Shown: one piece after another, positions 31,962 to 42,046 of the stretch
Layout: every line of letters begins with the position of its first letter
Numbering within the stretch: position 1 is the first letter of the stretch
Source of the DNA: an uncultured Acidobacteriota bacterium
Lineage (GTDB): Bacteria; Acidobacteriota; Vicinamibacteria; Vicinamibacterales; SCN-69-37
Assembly (NCBI GenBank): GCA_963724955.1
Contig: CAVRWQ010000003.1
Span: 159,713-223,712, forward strand
DNA: 64,000 bases
Reading direction: 5' to 3'
The notes under the pieces: model-generated
Databases searched by the model: none
Told to the model about the DNA's origin: nothing
The model's input: the letters and a program-made list of their open reading frames with translations, nothing else
Position numbers and translations under genes: made by a program

Positions 31962-32069
31962 AGAGCTTTCAGCACGAAGGGCACGAAGCACACGAAGATT
32001 TTTTTGGGTTGGGCAAGAGCTTTTCCCCAAAAAGCTTCGTGTCCTTCGTGTCCTTCGTGGTGAAAGCTC
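31962..32069. terminator. Long hairpin at the end of the secretion operon: CACGAAG x3 / CTTCGTG x3 arms with a nested T5G3...C4A5 loop hairpin
   Basis: Left arm agagctttcagcacgaagggcacgaagcacacgaag. Right arm cttcgtgtccttcgtgtccttcgtggtgaaagctct. About 36-nt arms with about 4 mismatches. Lies 13 nt downstream of the gspG stop (32082). Confidence 0.7.
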
Positions 32070-32081
32070 TTGCGGGAGCGG

Positions 32082-32522
32082 TTACCAATCAGCGTAGCGA
32101 CTACCATCCAGCGCCGTGCCGTCGTGGCCGCTCTTGACGTCGTAGATGCCGGTCGCGGCCGACGTGCTGCCGGGCTCCGGGTCGGCGAGCACGGTCTGCC
32201 ACGACTCCACGTTCCCCGTGAAGGGATCCTTCGGGATCGCGCGCAGATAGTTCTCCGAGACGAGCGTCTGCAGCGACTCGGGATACTTGCCCTTGTCGGC
32301 GTAGTACTGGTCGATCGCGTCGCGCATCAGGAACAGGTTCGACTTCATCGCCGCCTCCTTCGTGGAGGTGATGGAGTTCCGGTACTGGCTGAGCGCGAGC
32401 GAGGCCAGGATCATGATGAGCGTGATGACGATGAGCAGCTCGACCAGCGTCCAGCCGCCGTCTCCGAACGACGGACGCGCCGCGCAAATGATTCTCGTGC
32501 CGTCAACATACGCGCCTCGCAA
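32082..32522 (-). CDS. gspG: Type II secretion pseudopilin, GspG-like
   Basis: Intact ORF. Prepilin motif 'G|WTLVELLIVITLIMILASLALSQY' (Glu at +5) and a GspG-like core 'RDAIDQYYADKGKYPESLQTLV...YLRAIPKDPFTG'. The true start is probably internal to the 146-aa ORF. Confidence 0.8.
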   Translation of the reverse strand: MRGAYVDGTRIICAARPSFGDGGWTLVELLIVITLIMILASLALSQYRNSITSTKEAAMKSNLFLMRDAIDQYYADKGKYPESLQTLVSENYLRAIPKDPFTGNVESWQTVLADPEPGSTSAATGIYDVKSGHDGTALDGSRYADW

Positions 32523-32531
32523 TCTCCTGAA

Positions 32532-33011
32532 TCACCAGTCCCGGTACTTGGTTCCGTCGAGCGCGACGCCCTCGTGCTTCGTGTAGATGTCGAAGACGTT
32601 CTGTCCGCTCCACGCCTTCGAGTCCGGCGGATCCGCGACGGCCCGCATGCCCCACTCGGCGCGGCCCGTCATCGGATCGATCGGAATCCGTCGCAGGAAC
32701 TTCTTCTTGCGCCCCGTCACGTCATTGGCGAGCGTCACGCCCTGCACGAGCTGGTCGAGTGACTGCGGGTAGTTCTCGCTGCCGAACGTGAGCTCGTGCT
32801 GCGCGATCCTCCCCTGCTCGGCCCAGTCGTGGAAGAGATCGATCGCCACCCGGACTTCCTTGAGCGAGTACCGGAGCTGCGCCTCGCGCTGGCGCTTCAT
32901 CGACACCCGCGCGAGCGGCATGGCCGCCGACGCGAGGATCATCATCAGCGCCGCGACCACGATGAGCTCGACGAACGTGAAGCCGTCTGACGACTTACGA
33001 AAGAGTCGCAT
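32532..33011 (-). CDS. gspG: Type II secretion pseudopilin, GspG-like (second copy)
   Basis: Intact 159-aa ORF. 'MRLFRKSSDG|FTFVELIVVAALMMILASAAMP' (Glu +5) and 'LKEVRVAIDLFHDW...YPQSLDQLV...FLRRIPIDPMTG'. Confidence 0.8.
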   Translation of the reverse strand: MRLFRKSSDGFTFVELIVVAALMMILASAAMPLARVSMKRQREAQLRYSLKEVRVAIDLFHDWAEQGRIAQHELTFGSENYPQSLDQLVQGVTLANDVTGRKKKFLRRIPIDPMTGRAEWGMRAVADPPDSKAWSGQNVFDIYTKHEGVALDGTKYRDW

Positions 33012-33037
33012 GGTCTGAACAACCTGCTTTCAACGAC

Positions 33038-33077
33038 TCACCATGAAGACTGAAGCCGTCTTCACCCTTCATGGTGA
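33038..33077. repeat. Intra-operon hairpin (CATGAAG words) between the secretin gene and the first pseudopilin gene
   Basis: tcaccatgaagactgaag ccg tcttcacccttcatggtga. 18-nt arms with 2 mismatches. The word is shared with the hairpin at 62225-62300. Confidence 0.7.
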
Positions 33078-33082
33078 ATGTC

Positions 33083-35490
33083 TTATTTCACCGTGACCGT
33101 TCCGCCTGTCGTCTGCACCGGAATCGGCTTGCCTGCCGCGCTCGTCATCACTGCCGTCAGGCCGATGCGCGACGAGCCGGGCGCGATCGCCTCGAAGACG
33201 ACGGCCGCGAGAAGCCCCGTGCCCGACACGCCGCTCGTGTCGGCGCCGCGCGAGATCGCGATGTCCACGCGGCCGGCGCTCTGGTCGATCTTCGGCGCGA
33301 ACGCCGGCGTGATTCCGCCACCCTGCATGAACGACCCCTGATTGATCGTCGTCGCACGCAGCACCTTCGGATCGTACGTGATGCTGAGCGTGATCGCGCC
33401 TACCTGAGATACGACGCTGGCGACGCGAATCGGGACGGAATACGGCCCGCCGCCGATCTGGAACTCGGTGCCGGGCGTGGTGAGCTCGACCTGGGCCGGC
33501 GTGGCGGGCGGCGCCGCCGGGGCCGTCGTCGTCTCGACCGGCTGAATCGGCACGACGCCAGGCACGCGCGGCGGCGTCCCGGGCGGCGGCGTCTGTCCGG
33601 CCGGCGGCGGCCCGGTCGGGGGCGGCGCGGTGGTTGGCGTCGCCGGTGCGGCTCCGGGCGGCGGCGCGGCCTGGCCCGCCTGCCCCGGCCCCGCGGTCGC
33701 CGGCGCGGGTGGCGCGTCCGGCGAGATGAGCGTCGGCGCGGAGCCGGCGCCGAAGTTCTGACCGGTGCCGATGTAGAACGGCTTCAGGTCCTCGCTCGTG
33801 ATCTCGCGCGACCGGATGATGTGCGGCGTGACGATCATCACGAGGTCGCTCTCCTCACGATTCGAGCCGGTGTTCCCGAAGATCGAGCGAAGAATCGGAA
33901 TGTTGGTGATGCCAGGCAGCCCCCGGTTCAGCGTCGCGCTCCTCTTCGCGGATCAAGCCCGCGAGCAGGTTCGACTCGCCGTCGCGCAGCCGCATCGACA
34001 CCGACGCCGTGCGGGTGACGAAGCTCGGAATCTACCGATCCCGCGACGTTGATGTTCGGACCGAGACCGCTCTTGTCCACGATGATCGGGTCGAGGATGA
34101 TCTCGTCCTGATAGGTCACGCGCGGCGTGATCGTCAGGTTCACGCCGACCGGCCGGTACTGATAGTCACCTGCGGCTGCGTCGGGATGCCGCCGGCGGCG
34201 ATCGGCGGCAAACGTCGTCACGGCGATCGGCACCTGGTCGCCGAGGTTCAGCGTCAACTGCGAGCCCTCACGGCCGCGCAGCTGCGGCTTGGCGAGGAGC
34301 TTCGTGCGCGTGTCCGCCTCGAGCAGCCTTGATGACGGCGCTCGGCACCGTCATGTAGAAGTCCGCCGGGCTCACGCCCCGGCTGATCGTGTTCAGGTTG
34401 AACGGCGGCGGCACGCCGGCGGAAACGTCCCGGGAGCGTTCGGCGGCGCCAGCTCCGGCGAGAACGTGAACCCGAGCGCCAGTTGCTGAGATCGAGGCCA
34501 AGTTCCTTCAGGCGGATGCGCGACGACTTCCAGGATCTCGACTTCGATCAGCACTTCCGCGCGCGGCTTGTCGTTGGTCCGGATGATGTTCTCGATCACC
34601 TCCATCACGGGCGCCGTCGCGCGCACGACAATCGAGTTGGTCGCCTTGTTCTGCGTCACGATGGGCCGGACCGCCGGGCCTTGGGTCAGCATCGTGTTGA
34701 TGATCTGCACCATCTCCTGGATGTCGGCGTGCGACAGGTAGAACGTCTGCGAGTACTGGTCCTCGTACTTCTGGCGATTGGTCGTGTTGTCGGCGTAGAT
34801 GAAGATGGTCTTCTGATTCAAGACCTTGAACGTCATCGTGTTCGCGGTCAGGACCTGGTTGAGCGCTTCCTCGAGCGGGACGTCCTGGAGGTTGATCGGA
34901 TACTGCCGCGCGAGGAGCGGCTCGAGCCCCTGGTCGTAGGTGAAGTTGATGCCGGTGAGCGTGCTCGATCGCGGTGAGGATGTCGCGCACCGCGGCGCTC
35001 GGAAAATTGATGATCGGCACGCGCGTGCGCGGATCGAGGCGCGGGATCGGCGACGCCTGCCGCGCCTGCTGCCGCAGCTCGTCGATCCGCGGCTTCGGGC
35101 GCGAGGCCTCGAGCTGCGCCGTGATCCGGCGCTCGAGCTCGTTCGCCTTGGTGATGGCCAGCGTGCTGCTCGGCAGCAGATCCGCGGCGAGCCGGTACTC
35201 GGCGAGCGCGCCGGCGAGCTGATCCTGCGCTTCGAGCTCCCGCGCGCGCTTGACGTGGATGTTCGCCGCCTCCCGCGTCGCCCGTTCGAGGGAGATCTTG
35301 ATGTCGATGCGATCGGGTTCGTTGGCCAGCGCCTCGCGGTAGTACGCGACGGCGGCGTCCCAGTCGCCCTTCTTCGCCGCGGCTTCCCCACTGCGTATCG
35401 CGCGCCCCGTCGCGCACGCGACGACGCTCACGAGCAGCAACGCGACCGTTCCCAACCGAAGCGTCCTGTTCACCAAAGGCCTCACGTCTG
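33083..35490 (-). CDS. gspD: Secretin (GspD/PilQ family) with an N-terminal lipobox plus TPR-like region and a C-terminal Pro-rich linker plus cohesin-like domain (about 6 frameshifts)
   Basis: ATG at 35490 gives 'MQASDVRPLVNRTLRLGTVALLLVSVVAC' (lipobox VVAC) and 'GDWDAAVAYYREALANEPD...LAGALAEYRLAAD' (TPR-like). N-domains 'INFTYDQGLEP...VPLEEALNQVLTANTMTFKV', 'FYLSHADIQEMVQIINTML' and 'SIVVRATAPVMEVIENIIRTNDKPRAEVLIEVEILEV'. Secretin core 'YQYRPVGVNLTITPRV', 'LRDGESNLLAGLIREEE', 'GLPGITNIPILRSIFG' and 'LVMIVTPHII'. Then a PPAP-rich linker and 'ITLSITYDPKVLRA...GLLAAVVFEAIAPGSSRIGLT'. Confidence 0.85.
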
Positions 35491-35564
35491 ATGCTTGCAT
35501 TTTCGATTTGGGATTCTCGATTGGCGACTTAGAGCTTGGCGCCAATCGAAAATCGCAAATCGCA
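35489..35564. repeat. Intra-operon hairpin (ATTTTCG / CGAAAAT words) between the pilP-like gene and the secretin gene
   Basis: Left arm attttcgatttgggattctcgattggcg. Loop about 13 nt. Right arm cgccaatcgaaaatcgcaaatcgcaaatcgaaaat. Lies between the pilP-like stop (35577) and the secretin ATG (35490), which it touches. Confidence 0.7.
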
Positions 35565-35576
35565 AATCGAAAATCA

Positions 35577-36142
35577 TCAAGTCCCACCGAGCGGTATGGT
35601 TCTCGGGCCCTGACCGTCGACATACGCGACGATCACCGTCGTCAGGCCAATCTTCAGGATCTTGTACTGGCCGTCAATGACCATCCCTTCGTTGCCCATG
35701 AACAACGCGCCCGTCTTCGGGTCCTTCAATTGTGCGACCGGGCGTCCATCGCCGCCGGTGACGAGGCCCGTCAGCACGAGCGTAATCGGCGGCGGCCCCG
35801 TCGGCTTCGGCGGTGCCGGCGGCGCCACGACGGGGGGCGGCGCGGCCGGACGCGGCGGCGGTGGCGGCGCGGGCCGTTCGCCGAAGCGGAACAAATTGCG
35901 GCCCTTCGCCGGCTCTTCCGGCACCGGCTCGAGCTTGTCGAGCGCCACCGCCTGCGGCATCGTCGCCGGCGTCATCGCCAGCGGCGGCGCGTGTCGTCCG
36001 ATTGGACGTCGCGGGCGCCTGCGCAGCCGGGTCGTCGTTGCCGCCGGATCGCCACATGAAGACCACGAGGGCGGCCAACAGGATCGCCAGCAGCGCGAGC
36101 GTCGCTGCGGCGCTGCGGCCCCGGAGGCGGCAGGAGCTTCAT
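35577..36142 (-). CDS. PilP/GspC-like inner-membrane-anchored secretin-docking protein (about 2 frameshifts)
   Basis: ATG at 36142, TM 'LALLAILLAALVVFMW' (shifted frame), a Pro-rich linker, and the C-terminal beta-domain 'ITLVLTGLVTGGDGRPVAQLKDPKTGALFMGNEGMVIDGQYKILKIGLTTVIVAYVDG'. The position between pilO and the secretin gene matches PilP. Confidence 0.5.
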
Positions 36143-36160
36143 TTCGCCGGCGCTCCCGGC

Positions 36161-36740
36161 TCAGCGGGCACCCAGAAAGTACGTGGCGACCGACAGCGAC
36201 ACCTCGAGCAGGCTCGAGGCCTGCGCCGTGTTCGCCTGCGACAGCTCGACCTTCTCGATGATCACGAACTCCTGCGCGGTCTCGACGTTGTAGAGGAACC
36301 GGCGGATGTTCGCGTACTCGCCCGTGAGCGTGACCTTGCCGGTGACTTTGGTCAACTGGCTGTCGCGAATCGTCTCGCGTTCCCACTGCCCTGCTCCGGA
36401 AGGTGCAGGCCGGTCTCGTCGGCCACGACGCCCAGCCAGTAGTCGGCGACCTCGGTGGCGCCCGCATACGTCTTGCGGCAGGATCTCCGCGTAGAACTTC
36501 TGCAGCTCGACGTCGGCGCGTTCCTTCCCCGTGCGCGCCTGTTTCGCGAGCAGGTCCTCGCGTCGCGCGGCGGCAAGCGTCGCGCGTCGCCTCGCGCGCC
36601 GACTCTTCCGCCGCCGACGACCGCGCGCTTCAGCGGCAAGACGACCAGCGCCGAGCACGCCGGCGTTCGCGACGAGCGCGACGAGCAGCGGGAGGAGCAC
36701 CGCGGCGGCGTTCGGCGAAGACGCGGCGCCAGAGATTCAT
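36161..36740 (-). CDS. pilO: PilO/GspM-like assembly protein (about 3 frameshifts)
   Basis: ATG at 36740 (ATGA overlap with the pilN stop) gives 'MNLWRRVFAERR', TM 'LLPLLVALVANAGVLG', a coiled coil, and the C-terminus 'GKVTLTGEYANIRRFLYNVETAQEFVIIEKVELS'. Confidence 0.65.
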
Positions 36741-37364
36741 GGCCGCCCCTTCCGGCCCGCGGGCGCCGGCTTCGACCCCGGCGGGGCCGTCTTCGACCCG
36801 GGCGCCGTCGACGCCAGGAAGTAGGTGCCGCTCACGGTCGCCGTGTGCGTGCCGTCGTCGTTGCGCGCGCGGCTGTCGGTCGCCACGTCGTAGAACACGC
36901 CCGTGGCCATCAGGTTGTCCAGGAACTCCTTGATCGCGCTCGGACGTTTGCCGACGACGACCATCGCGATCTGGAACTCGCCCTTCTCCACGCGCGGCGA
37001 GACCGACAGCAGCCGTGCGTCGAGCGGCAGCGTCTTCTCGACGAGCCCGAAGAACGACGTCCACGAGAACGTGCGCTGATCGATGAGCGTGTTGGCCTCG
37101 CGCGTGGCCGCCGCGAGATAGCGCAGCTTCGACTGATCCACCGTCTGCTCGACAGCGCCGCGGCGTCGCTGCGAATGCTTCGCCGCCTCGTCGCGATCGC
37201 GCTGCTCGTTCGCCTTGAACGCCGCGCGCTCGCGTCGAGAGCGCCATGATCTGCTGCACGTTGAACACGGCGAGGCCCAGCGCCACGAGCGCCGCGACGA
37301 CGATGGCGAGCGTGACCAGGCGCTCGTTGTAGAACGGCCGCGTGGAGAGGTTGCCGCGGAGCAT
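36737..37364 (-). CDS. pilN: PilN-like fimbrial assembly protein (about 2 frameshifts)
   Basis: ATG at 37364 gives 'MLRGNLSTRPFYNERLVTLAIVVAALVALGLAVFNV' (PilN signature N-terminus plus TM). ORF 36737..37141 gives 'LIDQRTFSWTSFFGLVEKTLPLDARLLSVSP...FQIAMVVVGKRPSAIKEFLDNL'. Confidence 0.7.
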
Positions 37365-37366
37365 CG

Positions 37367-38332
37367 TCAGGCCGCCTTCCGTTCGCGCAGCAGCACGCCC
37401 ACCGGCGCGGCCAGCGCGTCGAGCACGTCGAGCGGCGTGCTGACCCGATCGGTCAGCCCGGCGGCCGGCCGGATGTCCACGGTCTCGGCCGGCACGCCGA
37501 GCCGCTCGGCGATCTCGCGGCGCGCCTCCTCGGCGCCATCCGCCACGAACGACGACGCCGCACAGCCAGACGCGCGCGAACTTCGTCCCGCCGAGCCGAT
37601 CCTCGTGATACATCGCCGTCTGGTGCACGAGCGCGCTCGAGCGGCTCCTCGTCGACGGCGGCGCGATGCCGGTAGAACATCAGCTGCGTGCCCGCGCAGG
37701 ATCGCGAGCGTCGTCGCTTCGGCCGCCAGCGTGCACGAGCGAGCCAGTCGCCGTGCGAGCGCGGCGCCGGCGCCGATGACCGCGTTCATCACGTTGAAGC
37801 TGGCGAGATCGACGAGCCCGCGTGGATGCCCGACGCGCGCCGGTCACCGCCTCGTACTGCGCGATCACGTCGCGCCGCGCCACGACGGCCGCGAGCGTCG
37901 GGCCGTCTCCGCCGACGTGCGCCGGAACGAGCGTCACCTGCGCCTCTTCGATCGGAAACGGCGTCGCCTTCTTCAGCTGCCAGCGAATGAGCTGATCGAG
38001 GTCGGCGGCCTTGCGCCGGCAACTGCTCGAAGGGGAGGAGCGAGACGCGCGCGACGCTGTCGGGCACGACGAGCGCGGCGCGGCCGACGCCGACCGAGCC
38101 CGCGCGGTCGAGCGCCGGCGCAGCGCCTCGGCCACGACGTCCGGCGCCGCGATGTTGCACGCCCGTGAGCGCCGGGACGACGCGCCTCGGCGGCAGCGGC
38201 TCGGTGGCGTGCCGCGTCACGGCCGCGCCTCCGGCCGCCGCGGCCGATTTCGACCACCGTCACGCGGCGGCTGGCGATCTCGATCGCGACCGACGGCGGC
38301 GTCGGCGCGAACCAGGAGGATGCGCGCGCCAC
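37367..38332 (-). CDS. pilM: PilM-like actin-fold ATPase of the assembly platform (about 4 frameshifts)
   Basis: 'PPSVAIEIASRRVTVVEI', 'LVVPDSVARVSLLPFEQLP', 'LDQLIRWQLKKATPFPIEEAQV', 'VDLASFNVMNAV' and the C-terminus 'IAERLGVPAETVD'. The stop at 37367 lies 3 nt from the pilN ATG. Confidence 0.75.
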
Positions 38333-38338
38333 AGGTCC

Positions 38339-39997
38339 CTACTCGACGAACGTCACTTTGTTGATTTCGCGCAGCGTCGTCGATGCCGTCGAGCACGCGG
38401 CCCACGGCGCACTGCGCGCAGGAACGTCATGCCTTCGTCCCGCGCCGCCTTCTTGATTTCCGACGTCGGCCGCCGCTCGAGAATCATGTCACGGATGCGA
38501 TCGGTCAGGTCCATCAGCTCGCAGATGGCCGTCCGGCCCTTGAAGCCCGTGCCGCCGCACTCGATGCAGCCGCTCGCCCTCGTAGAACGTCTGCGTGTCG
38601 GCGCGAGCTCCGGGTCGATCGCCGACTCGATGAGCAGCTCGCGCGTCATCGTCGCCGGCCGCTTGCAGTCCTCGCAGATCGCCGCACGAGCCGCTGCGCC
38701 AGCACGCAGTTCAGCGCCGAGACGAACTGATACGCCTCGACGCCCATGTTCAGGAACCGGCCCGAGCACGTCGATGACGTTGTTGGCGTGGACGGTCGTG
38801 AACACGAGGTGGCCGGTGAGCGCCGACTGAATCGCGATCTGCGCCGTCTCGGGGTCGCGGATCTCGCCGACCATGATCTTGTCCGGGTCGTGCCGCAGGA
38901 TCGACCGCAGGCCGCGCGCGAACGTCAGGCCCTTCTTCTCGTTGATCGGAATCTGCGTGATGCCCGCGCAGCTGGTATTCGACCGGGTCTTCGATCGTGA
39001 TGATCTTGTCTTCGACCGACTTGATCTCCGACAGCGCCGCGTAGAGCGTCGTCGTCTTGCCGCTGCCGGTCGGGCCCGGTGACGAGCACCATGCCGTACG
39101 GCTCGCGGATGTACTTCCGGAACCGCTTCATCTCGATCTCCGGCCAGCCGAGGATGTCGAGGCGCAGCTCGGTGAACTGCTCGCTCATCGACTCCTTGTC
39201 GAGGATGCGGATGACCGCGTCCTCGCCGTGGACGCTCGGCATGATCGACACGCGGAAGTCGATCGTCTTGCCGCGCACGCGCAGCTTGAAGCGGCCGTCC
39301 TGCGGCACGCGCTTCTCGGCGATGTCCAGCTCGGCCATGACCTTGATGCGCGAGATGATCGTGCTGTGGTGCCGCTTGTCGATCGGCTTCATCGCCTGCT
39401 GCAGCACGCCGTCGATGCGGTACTTCACGTGCACCGCGTCGTCCTGCGTCTCGATGTGGATGTCCGAGGCGCGGCGCTGGAGCGCCGTGAACACCATCGA
39501 GTCCACGAGCCGGATGACCGGGCTCGCGTCCGACGTGAGCTTGTCGACCGTGAGGTTCTCTTCGCCCGGCCTCGTCCTCGCGCAGGATCTGCATCTGGAA
39601 GCCTTCGGTGGCTTCCTCGAGCACGCGCTGCGAGCTCTCGCTCTTCTTCAGGATCGACTGAATCGCCGACGGCGTGCCGACGCACACGCGAATCGGCGTG
39701 TTCAGCTGCACGCCGACTTCGTCGATCGTCTGCAGATCGCTCGGATCGGAGACGACGATGAGCAGCGTCTGCCCGTCGCGCCGGTACGGCACGAACCCGT
39801 AGCGCAGCATCAGATCGGCCGGGATGCTGCGGAACAGCGCGTGGTCGATGTGGAAGTGCTCGAGGTCGACGAACTCGAGCTGGTAGCGCTCGCGCCAGCC
39901 GCCGCGCTTCGACTTCCTCGGCGGCGTGATCGACCGGCGCCGCCTGCGGCTCGGCGTAGATCGGCTCGGGTCGGTGGTGGCGAGTCGGTTCAGCCAT
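38339..39997 (-). CDS. gspE: Type II secretion / type IV pilus assembly ATPase (GspE/PilB family), about 8 frameshifts
   Basis: N1E-type domain '[34 protein letters not shown]...LLIVVSDP', '[23 protein letters not shown]', '[13 protein letters not shown]' and Walker [10 protein letters not shown] (visible in the rc of ~39052-39078 after a 1-nt shift). Also '[36 protein letters not shown]', the Cys cluster 'CEDCK...[12 protein letters not shown]' and the end '[10 protein letters not shown]' (TAG at 38339-38341). Confidence 0.92.
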
Positions 39998-41232
39998 GGT
40001 TCAGCTCGCGCAGCGACGACAGCTGGAAGAGCGGCATGTACAGCGACAGCAGCAGACCCGCGATGACGACGCCCATCACGATGAGCAGGACCGGCTGAAT
40101 CAGGTTCGAGAACCGCGTCAGGCTCGTCTCGTTCTCCTCGTCGTAGAAGTCCGCGACGCTGTTGAGCATGTCGGCCAGCGCGCCGGTCGACTCGCCCACC
40201 TCGACCATCTCGACCGCGACGTGCGGGAACATGTCGCGCTCGGCGAGCGCGTGCGCCAGGCTGCGGCCCTCGCGCACCTGCCGCGCCACGACCGCCAGGT
40301 GGTCGCGCGATCGGCCTGGTTGCCGACCGACTTGGCCGGCGATGTCGAGCGCGTTGACGAGCGGAATGCCGCCCGAGAGCAGCGTCGCCAGCGTGCGCGA
40401 GACCTGCGCGGTCGCAAACGTGCGCGCCAGCGGACCGAAGTACGGCAGCCGCAGCATCGCGCGCGTGCAGGCGCTTGCGCTGCGCGGGCTGGCGGAACCA
40501 GCAGAATCGCCGCGGCGATCGCCGCGACGAGCGCGCCGATGATCGAGGCCCGCGCTGCCGACCAGATTCGTCGAGATCGCCACGACCACCCGCGTCGACA
40601 TCGGCAGCTGCCGCGCCTTCGCCGAACTGCTCGTAGAACGCCGCGAACTCGGGCACGACCTTGAAGACGATCAGGCCGACGACGACGACCGACAGGACGA
40701 CCAGCACGGCCGGATAGATGAGCGCGGAGACGACCTGCGACTCGCACCGACGCCAGCACCTTGATGTGCTGGCACGTAGCGGCGGATCACCTGCTCGAGG
40801 CTGCCGCTCTTCTCGCCCGCCATCAGCGACGCGGTGTAGACGCCCGAGAACAGCTGCTGCGCTTCGAACGCGTCCGACAGCGCGGTGCCCGATCGCACGC
40901 GCTCGTAGATGTCGTCGAGCGCGACCTTGAAGCGTCGGGTTCGGCACGCGCTTGCGCAGGATGTCGAGCGACTGCACGAGCGGCAGACCGGCCTTGAGCA
41001 GCGTCGCCAGCTCCTGGTTGAAGACGAGGAACTCGGCGGTCGGGACGCTTCCGCCGCCGCGGCAGGCGCGAGCTGAAACCGGCCGACCTTGAGCCCGCCG
41101 CGGCCCTGGACCGACAGCAGGTAGAGGCCCTTCTCCTCGAGCTCCATGCGCAGGCGCGCTTCGTTCTCGGCGACGTACGTCGCCTCCATGATTTGGCCGC
41201 TCGCCGTCGCTACCCGGCAGCTGGAATTCCAC
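39990..41232 (-). CDS. gspF: Type II secretion / type IV pilus platform protein (GspF/PilC family), about 6 frameshifts
   Basis: Candidate GTG at 41232 ('EFQ...[34 protein letters not shown]' after one shift). Also '[26 protein letters not shown]', '[29 protein letters not shown]', '[33 protein letters not shown]', '[18 protein letters not shown]' and '[16 protein letters not shown]...[28 protein letters not shown]'. Confidence 0.88.
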
Positions 41233-41321
41233 GCGTCCTGACGCCTCCCGAAGCTTCCGCTCGCGTCGCCCGCTCCGGCCCTTTAGACCGTCAGACACCG
41301 GTCGGGGCCGGGATGGAACAT

Positions 41322-42046
41322 TTATTTAACAAGAGCCGAGATGCGCCGCACGTAGTCCTGAGTCTCGCGGTACGGCGGCACTCCGCCGTACCTCGCCACA
41401 GCGCCGGCGCCGGCGTTGTACGCGGCCAGCGCTCGCGACCGATCGAACCGCCCCAGCAGGGTGCGCAGGTGCCGCATGCCCGCTTCGAGGTTCTTCTCGG
41501 GGTCGAACGGATCGGCCAGCCCGTACTGACGGGCCACCGCCGGCATGATCTGCATCAGCCCCATGGCGCCCTTGCGGCGAGATGGCCCGCGGGTCGTAGT
41601 TCGACTCGACTTTGACGACGGCGTGGGCCAGCTTGCGGTCCAGCCCGACCTTGGCGGCGACCAGATCGACCAGCGCCTTGAGCGCCGCCGGGTCAGGCAT
41701 CAACCGGGTGGCCGACGGCGAGGCCGCCAGGGCCTCGATCGCGACGGTCCGGGCAAACGGGATCTCGTCGGGCAGAATCTCGTCGACGATCGTCTTCGGC
41801 GCCCGGATCTCCCCGCCCCCCGCCAGCTTGAAGATGACCTCGTTCCCTTCGAACGCGCACGACTCCACCGTCATCGTCCGGCCGTTGGTGAGCTTCACGA
41901 TATCTGCCTCGGCCACTACAGGAGATGCGATCAGCAGGTAGAAGGCCAAAGGGCGAAAGGCGAAGGAAAGGACGGAGGAGCGAAGGGCCAAGGCAGGAAA
42001 AAAGGTGAAAAAAGGACCGGAAGAGGTTCGCGTCAGGTTCGTCGCC
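41322..42046 (-). CDS. Lytic transglycosylase (SLT domain), first gene of the secretion operon (one frameshift near 41570; start uncertain)
   Basis: '[17 protein letters not shown]' (catalytic Glu in 'ES'), then the shifted '[18 protein letters not shown]...[13 protein letters not shown]...[12 protein letters not shown]'. Predicted signal peptide '[15 protein letters not shown]|D'. The N-terminal 35 codons lie inside one arm of the 41941-42143 repeat. Confidence 0.82.
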
